NCBI GenBank assembly: GCA_043228905.1
Contig: JBHGNT010000011.1
Location: 6,014,001-6,078,000 of the forward strand
Length of the DNA: 64,000 bases
Source: Azolla caroliniana
Lineage: Eukaryota; Plantae; Polypodiophyta
Direction of reading: 5' to 3'
Each line of letters begins with the position of its first letter. Positions within the stretch are counted from its first letter, which is position 1. The translations under genes and the position numbers were made by a program. Positions 13,306 through 27,210 of the stretch are shown in pieces. Under the pieces are notes generated by a model. That model saw only the letters and a list, made by a program, of their open reading frames with translations, had not been told where the DNA came from and made no database searches.

Positions 13306-16300
13306 TGTCGTGAAGAAAACCGTCCACAAGCGGAATCGGTGCACCGGAGGGTAGGAACCGGCTCTTCAAGCACGTACGCCTTATGTTGTACATAAGAGAG
13401 AATTAGGTACATAGGAGATCCTAGGTAGGTAGATTCGGTAGGTAGGAAGTTAATGGGAAACGGCTCCTTCCTTGCCTATAAAAGGAGGGAGACGAGGAAG
13501 GCGGTGAGTGTGGGGGGGGGAAGTGTTGTCGGGTTGTCGGGAGAAGGCTTCTCTCTCTTCCAAACTCTGTAGCTTCTTTCTATGCAAGTTTTCGGGAGGC
13601 TCGCGCTGCTCTGAGGAATGCCCGAGTGCTTCCGGCAGCACCTCCAACCTACTCCTTTCTTTCTAAGCGTTTACGAACAGGCATTGGCATCTGTTCGCCG
13701 GCCTGTTCGGTTGTAACCGACTTCGTGCTTCTTGTTGTTTGTCCTTGTTAATATATATATATATATACATACATTCGTGTCTCTCTGCGTCGGTGTCCCA
13801 CTCACGTCTTTGTGTCGAAGGGCCGTGCCCCTGTGAATCTACGCCCACGCGAGGTGAACCCGACGTGAAAGAGGCGGCAGAAGAGCAGAAGATGAAGGGG
13901 TCGGATCTTGCGGAGGCCATGGCTTCGGCTGTGGATCGGGTATTGAGCGCACGCGAGGGCACCGGCGCCCTCGACAGAGCCATTGAGGTGGTAGTCGGTA
14001 CGATCGGCCGGTTCAGCGGGAAGGATGCCATGAAGTATTTGGCGTCCTACGGGGCAGAAATGCTGATGCGGGACATTCCGGAAGAGAGGCGTCTTGCCGG
14101 GTTCCCTCGAGTGGCGATGCCGAGCATCCATGCGGAGGTGCTCGAGGTACGGGCGAAGAGCCGTACCTGGGAGGAGTTCGAAGGCCGACTCCTAGAAAAA
14201 TACGGGTTGGACGACGCGCTCCGGCTTTCGAAACGGGACTTCATGGAATGGGTGGAGTCCTCCGGCAAGGGAAGAAACGCGTCGGCACTCCTCCGGGAGT
14301 TTGAGGAACGCTTTGCCCACCTTTCGGCGCTTGACCAAACCGTTCTGGATATGAGCCGGGTCCTACTATTCGTCAAGTCGGTGGACGAGCGGGACCAGGA
14401 TCAAGTCGGCTCCTTGCTAGAAACCGAAAACGGGCTGAAGACCAACTGGGCTGCGGTTAAGAGAGTCTGTGGCCGTTTCGACAAACGGCGAGAATGGGCT
14501 GACAACGGGGCGGCCGGTGCGGGCTCTGTCACAGCAAGGAGGCTTGAACCGGCACCGCAAGGGCGAAGGGCAGAGACCCGGGAGTGGCTCGAAACCGGGT
14601 CGGCTCCGACCGGCATGGTCAATGACTCGTCCGGAGGAGCAGCGCTGGAGGAGTTGACACGGGCGATAAAGGATCTCTAGATCGCCCAGACTCGAAGGGA
14701 AGGCGGCGAACCGGCTCGTGACCGACGGCCGGTAGCAGGGAACAGGTGCATGTGGTGCGACTAGGTCGGCCACATTCGGAAGGACTGCGGCGATTTCGCA
14801 GAGGCGTTGAGGAACCAGGTGGTGTACCTATGGGAAGGCCGGGTGCATGCTAGCGATACCAGAAGGGCCCTAAACCGGAACGACGGGTGAGGAGGTATGA
14901 AGAGACTAATGGAAGAGGCAGCGGCCCGACACGTGGAGGCCATCCTCTACTCGGCGTCGGCCGGTATTCGGGTCGGGGGCAGCGAGGCCCGAAAGGAGAG
15001 CAAAGACGGATTCTGGTCGGCAATGCTGGAAGGCCTCGCCGGCACACGGCTGAGGAAAGATGAAGCGGATTGCGCTGAGAGACGGGTCCAGGAAATAACC
15101 GGGTGGAGCGACCCGGTCGAGGTGAAGACGAGCTTCGTAGAAGCCGCCTGCCGGAACTACGAGGCTCTGGTAGAAGACAAACGAGTGGGGAAAGCCAGAG
15201 CGGCCGGGCCCTCACAACGATACGAGACCCGATTCGGGCAACGGCGGAACGATGCCGGTGGGTCCAGCGCGCAAGATAACCCCAGGAAGGGCGGATACGG
15301 ACTGGGGACGGAAATAGAAAGGACCACGGACCTATGAAAGGTCCTAGAAGAACGGATCCTCGACAGCAAAGTGGAGCTGTCATTGCGGGAGGTGCTAGGG
15401 ATCGCTAAGAAGGAGTTCCACAACTCCATTGTGGACTTGGTGAAGCGGAAGAGGCTGTCAACAGAGATGGAACCAGAAAGACCGGTGGAGGTGCGGACGA
15501 CGCACATCGACGACTTGGCGCTGGAAGATGAGTGGGCGGAGAGCCACTATTCGAGGCCACACTAGGCCCGAGCAACCACGGAGACCCCGGTAAAGATCGG
15601 AGATGTTCAGGAACCGGTGGTGGCATTGGTGGACCACGGTTCGGAAATAAACCTGATGTCCATGGACTTCTATAAGAAGGGAAAGTGGCCGATCAACACC
15701 AAGCACGGGTGGAAGATACGGGCGGCGACGCGCGCCACCGAGGAACTGCACGGGCCTGCCCGAACGTGCGAGTCAAGATCGGCGACGTCGAGGTTGACCA
15801 ACACTTCATCGTACAAGAGACGTCCTCGCACCCGGTCATATTAGGGGAACCATACATCACGGCGGCGCGGATGGAGACCAAGCTGCTAGACAACGGTTCA
15901 GCCTACGCGAGGGTCAAAAGCCAGGACGGGCGCCATTCGGTTCAATTTCTGACGGTGCGACCGAACCACGAGCGAAACCGCGAATCCCTCGGTGGCGAGA
16001 ACTGGGAGGATTTTTAGAGAGGGCTGCCAAGGCGTGGGGCCGAGACAGTCCGGACACTCGGGAAAGACCCCACAGCTGTACGATAGAGCCGAAACCGAAG
16101 AAACCTTGTACGATAGGTAGAAAATTTTGCTTCTCCAACAACGGAGGGTGTATGATAGTCGGCATCGTTGGCCGAGAAAAGGCAAGGGCGGAGGAGCGAC
16201 TTCGAGAGTGCGGAGTTCGCGTGCGGAGTTCTCAGCGGAGCCGTGGAGGCGGTCTCCTTCGACGACACCTTGGGGATGCTGAGGAAGGTAGCCGGAGAAG

Positions 16301-19300
16301 ACCTTAACGAAGACCGGACGATACCGGTATGTTCCGAAGAGATGTACGAAGTCATCGCGAACTTCAGTCAGGGGCTCGGGTCGGATCAGACGGCCCGAGT
16401 TAGCACGAAGTACAAGACTGTGGACCGGAAGGTAAGGCCAGTCGCGGCACCCTTACCGGAGGGCAGCGAGTCCCGAATCAGAGGGGTTGCGTCGGACCCC
16501 AGTTTACGAGATCCGGTCTGCATAAGACACACCTTCACTGACGGGACGCTCCGGGAGCTCAAAATCGGTGGGGGCGGGTTCCTACTGCCGGCGGAGGAAA
16601 ACCGGTTTCGGAGAATGCTCGGAAGACACGGGAAAGCCTTCGCATTCTCACCAGAAGAGATCGGGTGCGTAGACCCGACAATCGTGGAGGCGATGGTGAT
16701 ATTCACGGTACCGCATGTGCCGTGGAATCTCAAGCCGATTCTAGTACCGAGAGCTCACATCCCGAAGTTGATGGAGCTATTGAGGCAGAAAGTCGATATG
16801 GGCATTCTCGAACCATCGAGTGCCCCATACTCGAACTGATGGTTTACCGTACCAAAGAAAAACGGAACATTGCGCTTCATTCAAGACCTACAGCCGGTCA
16901 ACAGAGTGACCATTTGGAACGCAGGAATCGGACCGACCATAGACGAGTTCGCGGAGGCCTTCGCCGGAAGGTCGATTTACTCGGTCGGTGATCTGTACTC
17001 GGGGTACGACAAGTTCCAGCTAGCCTTGGAGAGCAGAGACATTACGACGATACGAACTCCCCTCGGCCTAGTGCGAATGTGTACCCTGCCACAAGGAGGG
17101 ACCAACTCGGTGGCCCACATGGTGAATGCAATGAACAAGGTACTGAGGGATTGCATCCCGGACATCACCATGCCATTTCTAGATGACATCCCGATCAAAG
17201 GGTGCCCGGTGGAAGAGAAGGACGAGACACTTGGGCCGGACGGGTGCCGGCGATTCGTGGCAACACACATCAACAACTGCAAGAAGGTGCTACAAAGGTT
17301 AGAGGATGCGAGGCTCACCTTCTCCGGGGAGAAATCGGCCTTCGGGCAATCAGAAATCCTGGTGGTCGGACACCTATGTGGACCATATGGCTGGAAGCCG
17401 TCTCCGACAAAGGTAGAAGCCATCTCCGCGATGAAGACCGACTGTAGCTCGGTTAGGGAGGTTCAAAGATTCCTGGGGGCGTGCGTATTCTACCACATAT
17501 GGATCCCGCATTACGCCCACGTTGTGGAGCCGCTATACGGGTTGCTAAAGAAGGGGCAAAAATTCGAGTGGCGAGACGAGCACACGGAGTCGGTCCGGAA
17601 GCTGAAGGAAGCTCTTACGGCAGCACCGGCGCTCCGGAAGGCTGTCTACGGGAAGGGTACCCCGATATACATAACGGTGGATACGAGTCCGACCGGGATC
17701 GGATGGGTCGTCAACCAAGAAGACAAGGACGGCATTCGGTTCCCCATCAGATTCGGCACGAAGGTCCTCAATGAGCGACAGTGAGGGTACGCCCAGGTTA
17801 AACGCGATTTTTGGGGTATCATTTCGGCAGTAAAGGCCGACAAGGACTACCTGATCAGGACAGAAGTGATTATCGAGATGGATTGCCTCCCAATTCTCGG
17901 CATGGTTTCCGGATGCGTGACACCGGACCTGGCGATGCTCAGGTGGATAACGTACATCAAGTCCCTGGACCCGGAAATACGACACATTTCCGGAAAGGAC
18001 AACGCCATGGCCGACATGCTTTCGAGGGCGAGGTTTGATGACGAGGGAGGCATGATTTCGGAGGACGAAGAAGTCGGCATGGACTTCTTCGAGGCGGCGT
18101 ACGTGATGACCGATGGGACAAGCACTCCGGCACTTAACGGCTTCAACGAGAGCAAGTACGACGGCGAGTGGCTACGGATCGGTGGTTTCTTGAGGACAAT
18201 GACGCCGGATGCGTCATGGACGAAGGACGAGCCCTACCGGATCCGGAAGAAAGCATACCGATTCTTTCTCCGAGACGGATACTTATGGAAGCACCCGAAG
18301 AAGAGGAACGGAGTCCCGCTCCGGGTGGTGGCGATGAAGGAAGAACAGGAGGAGCTGCTGACGGCCTACCACGACAACCCTTGGGCTGGACACCGTGGAA
18401 CGTGGGCCACGTTCGAGAAGATAAAGAGGAAGTATTGGTGGTCGGGACTGTACCGGGACGTGCATCGGTTCGTGACAACTTGCGAGAGCTATCAGATGCA
18501 CTCCATAGTCCGACATCGGGACGAGCTTCCCCCTACGTACCCTCCGACCATCCACTTCAAATGGATGGTAGATCTGGTGACGATGCCGATGAGAGTAGGA
18601 CAGATGCGGTATCTGGTCCTGGCTTGGGAGGATCTGACGAACCAGGTGGAAGGCCGAGCCCTTCACAACAAAACGACCGCGGTTGTATGTTGGTTCCTGA
18701 TCGAGGACGTGATTTGCCGGTACGGGTGCGTCGGGAAGATCGTGGCTGATCACGGGTAGTTGGACGCCGAAGAGGCCGAGGAGCTGTTCGACCGGCTAGG
18801 AGTCAAGCTCTCTCTTACCACTGCGTACAATCCGGAGGCGAATGGGAAGGTGGAGCGCGGACACGGACCGATTGTCAAGGCGTTAGTTTGGGCATGCGGA
18901 GGGCAAGTCGAGAACTGGTCGCGGCTGCTGCCTTACGCGTTGTGGGCTGACCGAACTACGCATAGTTCGGTAACCGGATTCATGCCGGCAGAGCTCATGT
19001 TTAGGCAGAAGCCGATCATGCCGATGGAACGTACGATCTCCTCATGGGCAACCGTGGACTGGAGAGACGAGATGAGCCGGGAGGAACTGTTGGCGGCGCG
19101 CATACGACAGCTCGAGCGAAGACCGGAGGACGTGGAGCAGGCTGCGGGAAAGCTTCGGGTGGCAAGGACGAGGAACAAAGCCCGGTTCGACCGGACGCAC
19201 CGGCTCCGACCAAAGAAGATCGAGGAAGGCGACTGGGTGCTAGTCTACGACAACAGCCTCGACAACCAGCACCGAGCGACATGGAAGTTCGCAAGAAGGT

Positions 19301-20117
19301 GGTTCGGGCCTTACGTGGTACAAAGCGCCAACGAGAACGGGACGTACCATCTGGCGGAACTTGACGGCACGAGAATGGCGATACTGGTAGCTGGGAAGCG
19401 GATCAAAGCGTTCAAGAAGCGTCACGATGACAAGCCGGATCCGGTTAACCTGGACCGCGACGACGAACGATCAGAAACCGAGGAAGAACCGACGGGCGGG
19501 GAATGAAGGCTGGACCGGTTTTCTCCGTCCCAACTCAATTTGGCGCATGCCGGTGGATGCGCGGTTAGGTGGGGGCGGATGTCATGAAGAAAACCATCCA
19601 CAAGCGGAATCGGTGCACCGGAGGGTAGGAACCAGCTCTTCAAGCACGTACGCCTTATGTTGTACATAAGAGAGAGTTAGGTACATAGGAGATCCTAGGT
19701 AGGTAGATTCGGTAGGTAGGAAGTTAATGGGAAACGACTCCTTCCTTGCCTATAAAAGGAGGGAAACGAGGAAGGCGGTGAGTATGGGGGGGGGAAGTGT
19801 TGTCGGGTTGTCGAGTGAAGGCTTCTCTCTCTTCCAAACTCTGTAGCTTCTTTCTGTGCAGGTTTTCGGGAGGCTCGCGCTGCTCTGAGGAATGCCCAAG
19901 TGCTTCCGGCAGCACCTCCAACCTACTCCTTTCTTTCTGAGCGTTTACGAACAGGCATCGGCATCTGTTCGCCGGCTTGTTCGGTTGTAACCGACTTCGT
20001 GCTTCTTGTTGTTTGTCCTTGTTAATATATATATATACATACATTCATGTCTCTTTGCGTTGGTGTCCCACTCGCGTCTTTGTGTCGAAGGGCCGTGCCC
20101 CTGTGAATCTACGCCCA
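13306..20117 (+). mobile_element. Full-length Ty3/Gypsy element, LTRs 13306..13847 and 19580..20117, tRNA-Trp-type PBS
   Basis: Direct repeats of about 540 bp; PBS-like aggtgaacccgacgtga at about 13852; PPT gggggcgga before 19580; inserted in the host gag. The exact LTR 3' end and the TSD are ambiguous. Confidence 0.93.
13892..19506 (+). pseudogene. gag-protease and pol (RT, RNase H, integrase) with multiple premature stops and indels
   Basis: ALVDHGSEIN protease; FIQDLQPVN and FLDD RT; integrase HHCC-like region and D,D35E core; stops at 14678, 14762, 15335, 15563, 16837, 17782 and 18757. Confidence 0.92.
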
Positions 20118-20890
20118 CGCGTAGTGGGTCCCTTCCCTTCTCCTTTGTCTCTTGCTCTTCGGTACAAGACCCCCGAGGCCCCGCCTCATTCCACGCATGC
20201 GCGAGGAAAACCTCGACACCGCCCCGTTTGTTTGTTGGTCGGTGATTCTCGTAGCGCCGACCCCCTTTAGCATAACTCGGATGTCCACGATAATCCTCGT
20301 CCACTGGTTTGTCCTCCTCGGAATCGTTGTGATTTCGGCGATTCCGGTGGTGCCGGTCATCCCATGGGTTGTGATCCCTATACCGTGGTCGGTCTTCTTG
20401 CCTCCTTTGTTCTGTCCGGTGTGGTGGACGCTGGGTGTCCATGCTGCGGACTGCGGGAGTGGCTTTGTTCAACATATTGTATTCGCATTGGTCGACTGTG
20501 TGAGCCTTCAAGTGGCAGATTGGGTAGTGGATTCGCATATTGTAGTCCACTGCGGAATGCCCCAAGTTCAAGCAAATCGTGCACTGGATTGCTTGACGAA
20601 ACTGGCGTTCCTCGTCCTGGGGTAATGCTTGTGGTAAGGAGGACATAGAAAACCTTTCCTCCTCCTCGTCCAACTCGAGTTCTAATGCTCGTTCAATGAC
20701 CATATCCGTCGTTTCCCCTTTCACGCTATTGTTGTTGAGCGTTGCCCGGATGGGTCGGCGTAATGCTGCCAGAAATGTTTCTCGAGCCTCGTCCGCCTCA
20801 GGGCTCCATTCTAGTTTCCGCTGCAAATTTTGGAAATGTAAGCTAAAGTCTACTATCGTCTTGGTCGGCAATTGCTTAATCGTGTAGAAC
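20118..20890 (-). pseudogene. gag N-terminal/central part of the 5471..21054 Gypsy
   Basis: ORF 19945..20871 with CTIC..GH..CHLKAH..C knuckles; joins in frame across the 13306..20117 insertion (DPLR-GFN). Confidence 0.75.
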
Positions 20891-22409
20891 TATCCAAGGA
20901 TTTCGCGTTGTGGAACCCTCCGATGGAAGAACCACAAGAAAGTGGATTGCAGCTGATCAAAGGTTGTTATTGCTGGTAAATCCATCTGTGAATGCCAAAA
21001 CGCCACTCACCCATCCAATGTTAACCCAAACTCCATCATTTTCGACTGGTGCGTTGTCATGGCGTCGCTTGCCTAGAAGCGTAGCGTTGCGTAGACAAAA
21101 GATATTGTGAAAGTGAGGAAGGAATCACTGGGATTATGGATGGAAGAAACGAAAGAGTAGAGATAGAGTAAATAGAGATCAACAATATATGACAAGATAG
21201 GATATTGAATGATATTTGAAGGAATAAAAGAGATTTATAATTTTTTTTATCAAAGAGTTACAAAAGTGGTTGTAACCATCGTTAATCCTTCGAACTTGGT
21301 CTCACAAGATAATCGCTCTTCTCTTTCTTGATAGTAGGCCACAACAATCTTCCCTTCAATATTTTGATAAAGATAAGGCTCGAACTGCCTCCCTCTTGTT
21401 GAGAGTTGACCACCACGATCGCCAAGTTAAAGCTCCACCTTTATGTTGAACTTCTTCCTTTCTTTCTCTATTTTATGGTATAGGTGCCCCCATGCATATG
21501 ATGCATTGGAGGGTACAAATATATGGCATAAGAATAAACATGAAAATATAGTTTTACAAACAAAGGACCTAGCCTAATGGTAAGTTTGTTGACTTTGGTA
21601 TATGAGGTTGTGGGTTTGAGTCTCTCAAACATTATTGAATTTACAACATGTAACATCGTTTTTATATCATGAAGCAAATCCTTTATTTTATATATATTAT
21701 TAGTATAGAGTAAATGGTAAGATTTGAAAGTCATAGGGTGGGGTTATTGGTTCAAGTTCTCTCTTGTTCGTGTAATATAATATATTTATATATAGTATTT
21801 TTCTTTACATATATATAATATTATCATATGTGTTGTTAATATTATCTTTATATATAAAACATTGGGTCGAAGCACGCTACGGGGTACCAAAAAAGTACTG
21901 TTTTTGGCCACAAAAATTGTCAGTACTTTCAATACTGTTAGTACTGAATAATTCAGAAAAAAAATTAGAGAAAAAGAAAATCGATTTTGGAGAGTGGGGT
22001 GACTGTAGTACAAGTGTCATTTACTGTAGAAGGAGTGGGGGGAACACGTGAGGAGATGTTCTTCCATTTTGGGGGCTATTTTCCCCTCACGTCGATTTTG
22101 GCGCTTCCCCTCACGTCGTTTTGGCGATTCCCCTCATACTGTTCTTCCTCTATCTCTCTGAGCTTTTCATCACAGACATCCATGTCACGTTTCTGATTTT
22201 CCTTCAATCTAAATCTCAGACATCCATGTCTGGTTGGAGAGTTTGAGTTGAGGATTTCTGATTTTTTTAGGGTTTCTGTTTTTGTTAGGTTTCGGTTGAG
22301 GTACAGAGACTGTTCTGAGGGTTTAGGTAGCAGCCAATAGTCACTTCTTTGACAACGACTTTCGTACTTCCACCGATTGCAGTTGATGTCGTGGTGATTT
22401 GGGGCTTTT

Positions 22410-23205
22410 TCCACCAAATCGAGGCGGCATTGGAGGTTCCTTCCACCAAATCGAGGCGGCATATCCAACGCTCCCTCCACCATTGGAGGTTCCTTCCACC
22501 AAATCGAGGCTGCATATCCACGCTCCCTCCACCATTGGAGGTTCCTTCCACCAAATCGAGGCGGCATATCCAACGCTCCCTCCACCATTGGAGGTTCCTT
22601 CCATCCTTTTTTTTATTTTCAGTACTAAAATGTTTCATTTCTTCATATTTCAGTACTAAATTTTTAGAATTGACATTTGCCATATTTGATATGTAATTCT
22701 AATGTTTGAAACAAAATATTTCTCACTTTGCAGGCCACATTTAAAAACATTTGATTGTGTTTTCTTGGTTGAGTCTATATATCCACGCTCCCTCCACCAT
22801 TGGAGGTTCCTTCCATCCATTTTTTTCATTTTCAGTACTAAAATGTTTCATTTCTTCATATTTCAGTACTAAATTTTTAGAATTGACATTTGCCATATTT
22901 GATATGTAATTCTAATGTTTGAAACAAAATATTTCTCACTTTGCAAGCCACATTTAAAAACATTTGATTGTGTTTTCTTGGTTGAGTCTATATATCCACG
23001 CTCCCTCCACCATTGGAGGTTCCTTCCATCCATTTTTTTTCATTTTCAGTACTAAAATGTTTCATTTCTTCATATTTCAGTACTAAATTTTTAGAATTGA
23101 CATTTGCCATATTTGATATGTAATTCTAATGTTTGAAACAAAATATTTCTCACTTTGCAGGCCACATTTAAAAACATTTGATTGTGTTTTCTTGGTTGAG
23201 TCTAT
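22410..23205 (+). repeat. About 3 x 52-53-bp units followed by 3 x 212-bp units upstream of the transposase
   Basis: ccaccaaatcgaggc.gcatatcc.acgctccctccaccattggaggttcctt units; 212/213-bp period (22582, 22794, 23007), each unit with two AGTACT. Confidence 0.9.
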
Positions 23206-23262
23206 ATAACATTAACTACTTTCGCAAGACACTTAATTTTTGTGGATAAATCTAGTGACCGA

Positions 23263-26200
23263 ATGGGGGTTCCTAACGAGAGTGAGTTGTCAAGTAACTC
23301 ATGCATATCTGAAAGGACTAAGAGACGAGTGGTTCTTCACATAGTTCGTTATTTGGTAGAAATAACGAAGAGATTTAGTGAAGAGGATCGTAGGGATATT
23401 ATTTGTAGAGTGTTACACCATCAAAGTTTGAATGAAGACATGGAGAGAATAAAATTTAGGGACCAATGTGTTTCAGAAGAGATTGTGGAGTCTATGAAGT
23501 CATCCCTAGACTTAGTGAAAGGTGTAGAGAGCTTAGACAAACTTGCTGCAAAGAGGGCAGCCCTACACATGGTTGTGAATGGTGTGAGAGAAAAAAAATA
23601 TAGTGATACTAAAGTTGCCTTAGCCCTGGGTATTCAAAGAAGGAACTTGAGGAAACATCGCCGAAATATACACTCAAGCAAATTCAAGTGGCTGGGGTCG
23701 GGACGTAGACGACGATGTGATGCCTTATCTCAAGAGATTATTGAGAAAGTGGATTCATTTTGGGCCAAAAATACGCGTGTCTCACCAAATAAGAAGGACG
23801 TGTGTAGACAACGAATAAGTCAGGGTAAGTACCAGATTCACCCTAGACACTTCTTGGAGATGACAGAGGTATTCCATTTTTTTATATCAATTCACATTCC
23901 ATAACTTTGTGTTTTGACCAAGTGTATATTAATGTTTGCTATATATATTGGTTGATGTAGGCTGAATTGTACATGAACTTTAAAGACCAACATCCAAGCT
24001 TGACTGTCGGATTCCGCAAGTTCCAAGGTTTGAAACCATTTTATGTTAGAAAATTAAATGAGAGGAATACATGTTGTTGTGTGTACCATGTGAAGATGGA
24101 CATGTTAAGGGTTTCTGTGAATGCAATGCGTACTGATTCTAAGGGTATACATGGGGAATTATGTGTCTGCACTTGTGAGATTTGTAGACCAAATGGGGAG
24201 GATAATAGGTGTAATGCACGAAACATGACTTATGCATCCGTTTCTGAGCTATGGAGGTCTTGTGTTTGTGAAAAAGAACCATCGTGTGAGTGGCATCGTC
24301 GTACATGTCTATTAAGAACATGTAAGGTTTGTCCGCTACCATTATTTTGTAGGCAGGAGCTTGATATGGGAAATAGTCATATCTTGAAATGGAAATATTT
24401 GGAGTATGTGACTGAAAATATTGGCAAGGGAGTTGTAACTAAGCGTATCAAGGAAGTATATAAGGAGACATGTGCTGCTACCCTTGTCTCAGAATTTAAG
24501 AAACAACTTGGGGAGTTTATTCCACATAACTTCCGGAGTTATTGGCAAAATTCACAGTTCAAGGAATGTATTAATAACTTACCAACGGGTGTCATTGTAT
24601 CCGTTATTGATTTTGCAGAAAACTATACATTTAAAGTTCAAAATGAGGTTCAATCAATGCATTGGTACAATGATCAATGTACAATACTTGTACATATTTG
24701 CTATTGGAGGCAAGACGGTGAGTTACATAAGAAATCAATATTTTACATTTCAGATGATAAAAAGCATGATACACTATTTGTTCAACATTGTTTTAAGCTT
24801 CACCATGCAGATTTATTTTCTCTAGGGTTAACCTTTAACCGTCATTGGGTTTGGTCTGATGGTGCTGCCTCGCAGTTTAAGGCGGCACGATCGTTCTACT
24901 TTACCGCCAGGTAATTTTTAATCCATATGTTTAATACTTATCATGCAATGTGTAAGGAAGTAAATCTTGTGTTAGTGGATGCATACTAATTATGTTTGTA
25001 ACTATTAACAAACAGTACTAGTCACATCGATGCATACTAATTATGTTTCTAACTATTCGAATCTTGCACTTGTGAATGGATGCATGCATACTAATTTTGT
25101 TTGTATTATGTTGTACTAAGTAACTTTTAATCCATGTGAAGTGTTCTCCATAGACACATTGTACTATGTTGTGTGTTGGTTCTGTACTATGTTGTGTTTA
25201 CAAAAGGATGTAAAGTACTCATCTTGTACTCATAGTATTGTCCGTCCTTAAGAGAATTGTACTAAGTATCGATTAATCCATGTGAAGGGTTCTCCATAGA
25301 CACATTGTACTATGTTGTGTTTACAAAAGGATGTAAAGTACTCATCTTGTACTTATAGTATTGTCCGTCCTTAAGAGAATTGTACTAATTATGTTTTAAT
25401 CCATGTGAAGGGTTCTCCATATACACATTGTACTATGTTGTGTGTTGGTTCTGTACTATGTTGTGTTTACAAAAGGATGTAAAGTACTCATCTTGTACTT
25501 ATAGTATTGTCCGTCCTTAAGAGAATTGTACTAATTATGTTTTAATCCATGTGAAGGGTTCTCCATAGACACATTGTACTATGTTGTGTGTTGGTTTTGT
25601 ACTATGTTGTGTTTAGAAAAGGATGTAAAGTACTCATCTTGTACTTATAGTATTGTCCGTCCTTAAGAGAATTGTACTAATTATGTTTTAATCCATGTGA
25701 AGGGTTCTCCATAGACTCATTGTACTATGTTGTGTGTTGGTTTTGTACTATGTTGTGTTTACAAAAGGATGTAAAGTACTCATCTTGTACTTATAGTATT
25801 GTCCGTCCTTAAGAGAATTGTACTAATTATGTTTTAATCCATGTGAAGGGTTCTCCATAGACACATTGTACTATGTTGTGTGTTGGTTCTGTACTATGTT
25901 GTGTTTACAGGAGGATGTAAAGTACTCATCTTGTACTCATAGTATTGTCCGTCCTTAAGAGAATTGTACTAAGTATCGATTAATCCATGTGAAGGGTTCT
26001 CCATAGACACATTGTACTATGTTGTGTGTTGGTTTTGTACTATGTTGTGTTTACAAAAGGATGTAAAGTACTCATATTGTACTTATAGTATTGTCCGTCC
26101 TTAAGAGAATTGTACTAATTATGTTTTAATCCATGTGAAGGGTTCTCCATAGACACATTGTACTATGTTGTGTGTTGTATCTGTACTATGTTGTGTTTAC

Positions 26201-27210
26201 AGGAGGATATAAAGTACTCATCTTGTACTCATAGTATTGTCTGTCCTTAAGAGAATTGTACTAAATCAGTATTTACTCATGTTGTACTCATAGTATTGTA
26301 CTCATCTTGTACTCACCAAAGTAGGTATTTCTCCTTATTCAATATTCGTATGCAATGGAATTACTTCGGGTCTGGACATGGAAAAGGAGAGCATGATGGC
26401 GCGGGGGCTGTGATCAAACGTGCCCTTACAAGTGAGCAGTTGGATAATAATGGCGCTAAGTTACAAAATGCACATGATGTTGTGCAGTGGCTAACATGGA
26501 AGATGTCAAATGATGGTAAGAACAGATTGTTTGTTGAAGTTCGCGCTGATGAGGTCGATAGAACTAAATCATATGGTTGTAAAACCGTGAAAGGGACACG
26601 CAGCACCCATTGTGTGTTAGGGTTTAGCCGCAAGGACACAACCCAATTGTTACTCCGTAGTTTATCATGCTTTTGTTCCATGTGTCTAGATGAAGCTTGG
26701 GATAAATGCATCAACCTATCAATCGTGGAGCCCTGGAAGCTGCAGAAGCTTGAGCCTGAACTACAAGATGATATTGAAGAGGATGTGCATTCAAACGATA
26801 TTGTATACTACAACCAAAATCAAGACTTGGCAGTTTTATTGGAAGTTGGAGATCATTTTGCAGTGCTCAAATATTCTCAGAATGAAGATTTAGAAGACTA
26901 CTACATTGTGGTGTGCAAGCAAGGAAAGACATTATTGAAAGAAGTGGTGAGGGATGGTTGGGGCAACAATTTCAACGTTGGTGAGTCTGTCGTGTATGGA
27001 AACTATTATGCAAAGTTGCCGCAGTGCAAGAACACATATGCATTACTAAAAGAAGCACCCATCGCAATAATCTACGCTGATGCCATTCTTGCGATCAAAT
27101 TCAATATGACTCAAGCAAAGCACAAGGTTAAGGGATACAACACTGTCTACAAGGTCCCCCAAGAGGTTCATGAGCACATATTAGGGGAGGTCTCTCTATT
27201 TAATGCTTGA
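23263..27210 (+). CDS. Sola2-like DDD transposase, 3 exons (23263-23868, 23961-24910, 26325-27210), about 813 aa, intact
   Basis: GT-AG introns in matching phase; motifs DFAENY, WSDGAASQFK, GHGKGEHDG; Cys-rich region; the exon 2/3 junction FYFTAR|YF aligns with the unspliced FYFVGRYP of element B. Confidence 0.87.
25127..26265 (+). repeat. 8 tandem units of 146 bp (one 123 bp) in transposase intron 2
   Basis: atccatgtgaag recurs at 25130, 25276, 25399, 25545, 25691, 25837, 25983 and 26129; about five GTACT per unit. Confidence 0.95.

Larger units (their letters stand above)
5471..21054 (-). mobile_element. Degenerate Ty3/Gypsy element (Tat/Athila-like) with 3' LTR 5738..6267, extra 3' ORF, pol and gag; interrupted at 13306 and 21055
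   Basis: LTR TGTCACG...CACGACA followed by PPT complement tccgcccc; PR-RT-RH-INT order on the minus strand. Confidence 0.85.

Noticed and set aside
13739-19669. Many antisense and overlapping ORFs over GC-rich retroelements
   Set aside because: Expected shadow ORFs in GC-rich coding DNA, with no motifs.
13301-20122. Non-canonical 3-bp TSD (CGC) or non-CA LTR end
   Set aside because: The boundary is ambiguous because CGCG follows both LTRs; it cannot be resolved without other copies.
22076-22696. Repetitive ORFs in several frames (also 59324-59751 and 39284-40120)
   Set aside because: By-products of tandem repeats and microsatellites that lack stop codons.
25127-26265. CRISPR-like array
   Set aside because: Units are near-identical along their whole length with no unique spacers, there are no cas genes, and the context is a eukaryotic intron. 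The same applies to 35863-36960 and 59427-59622.
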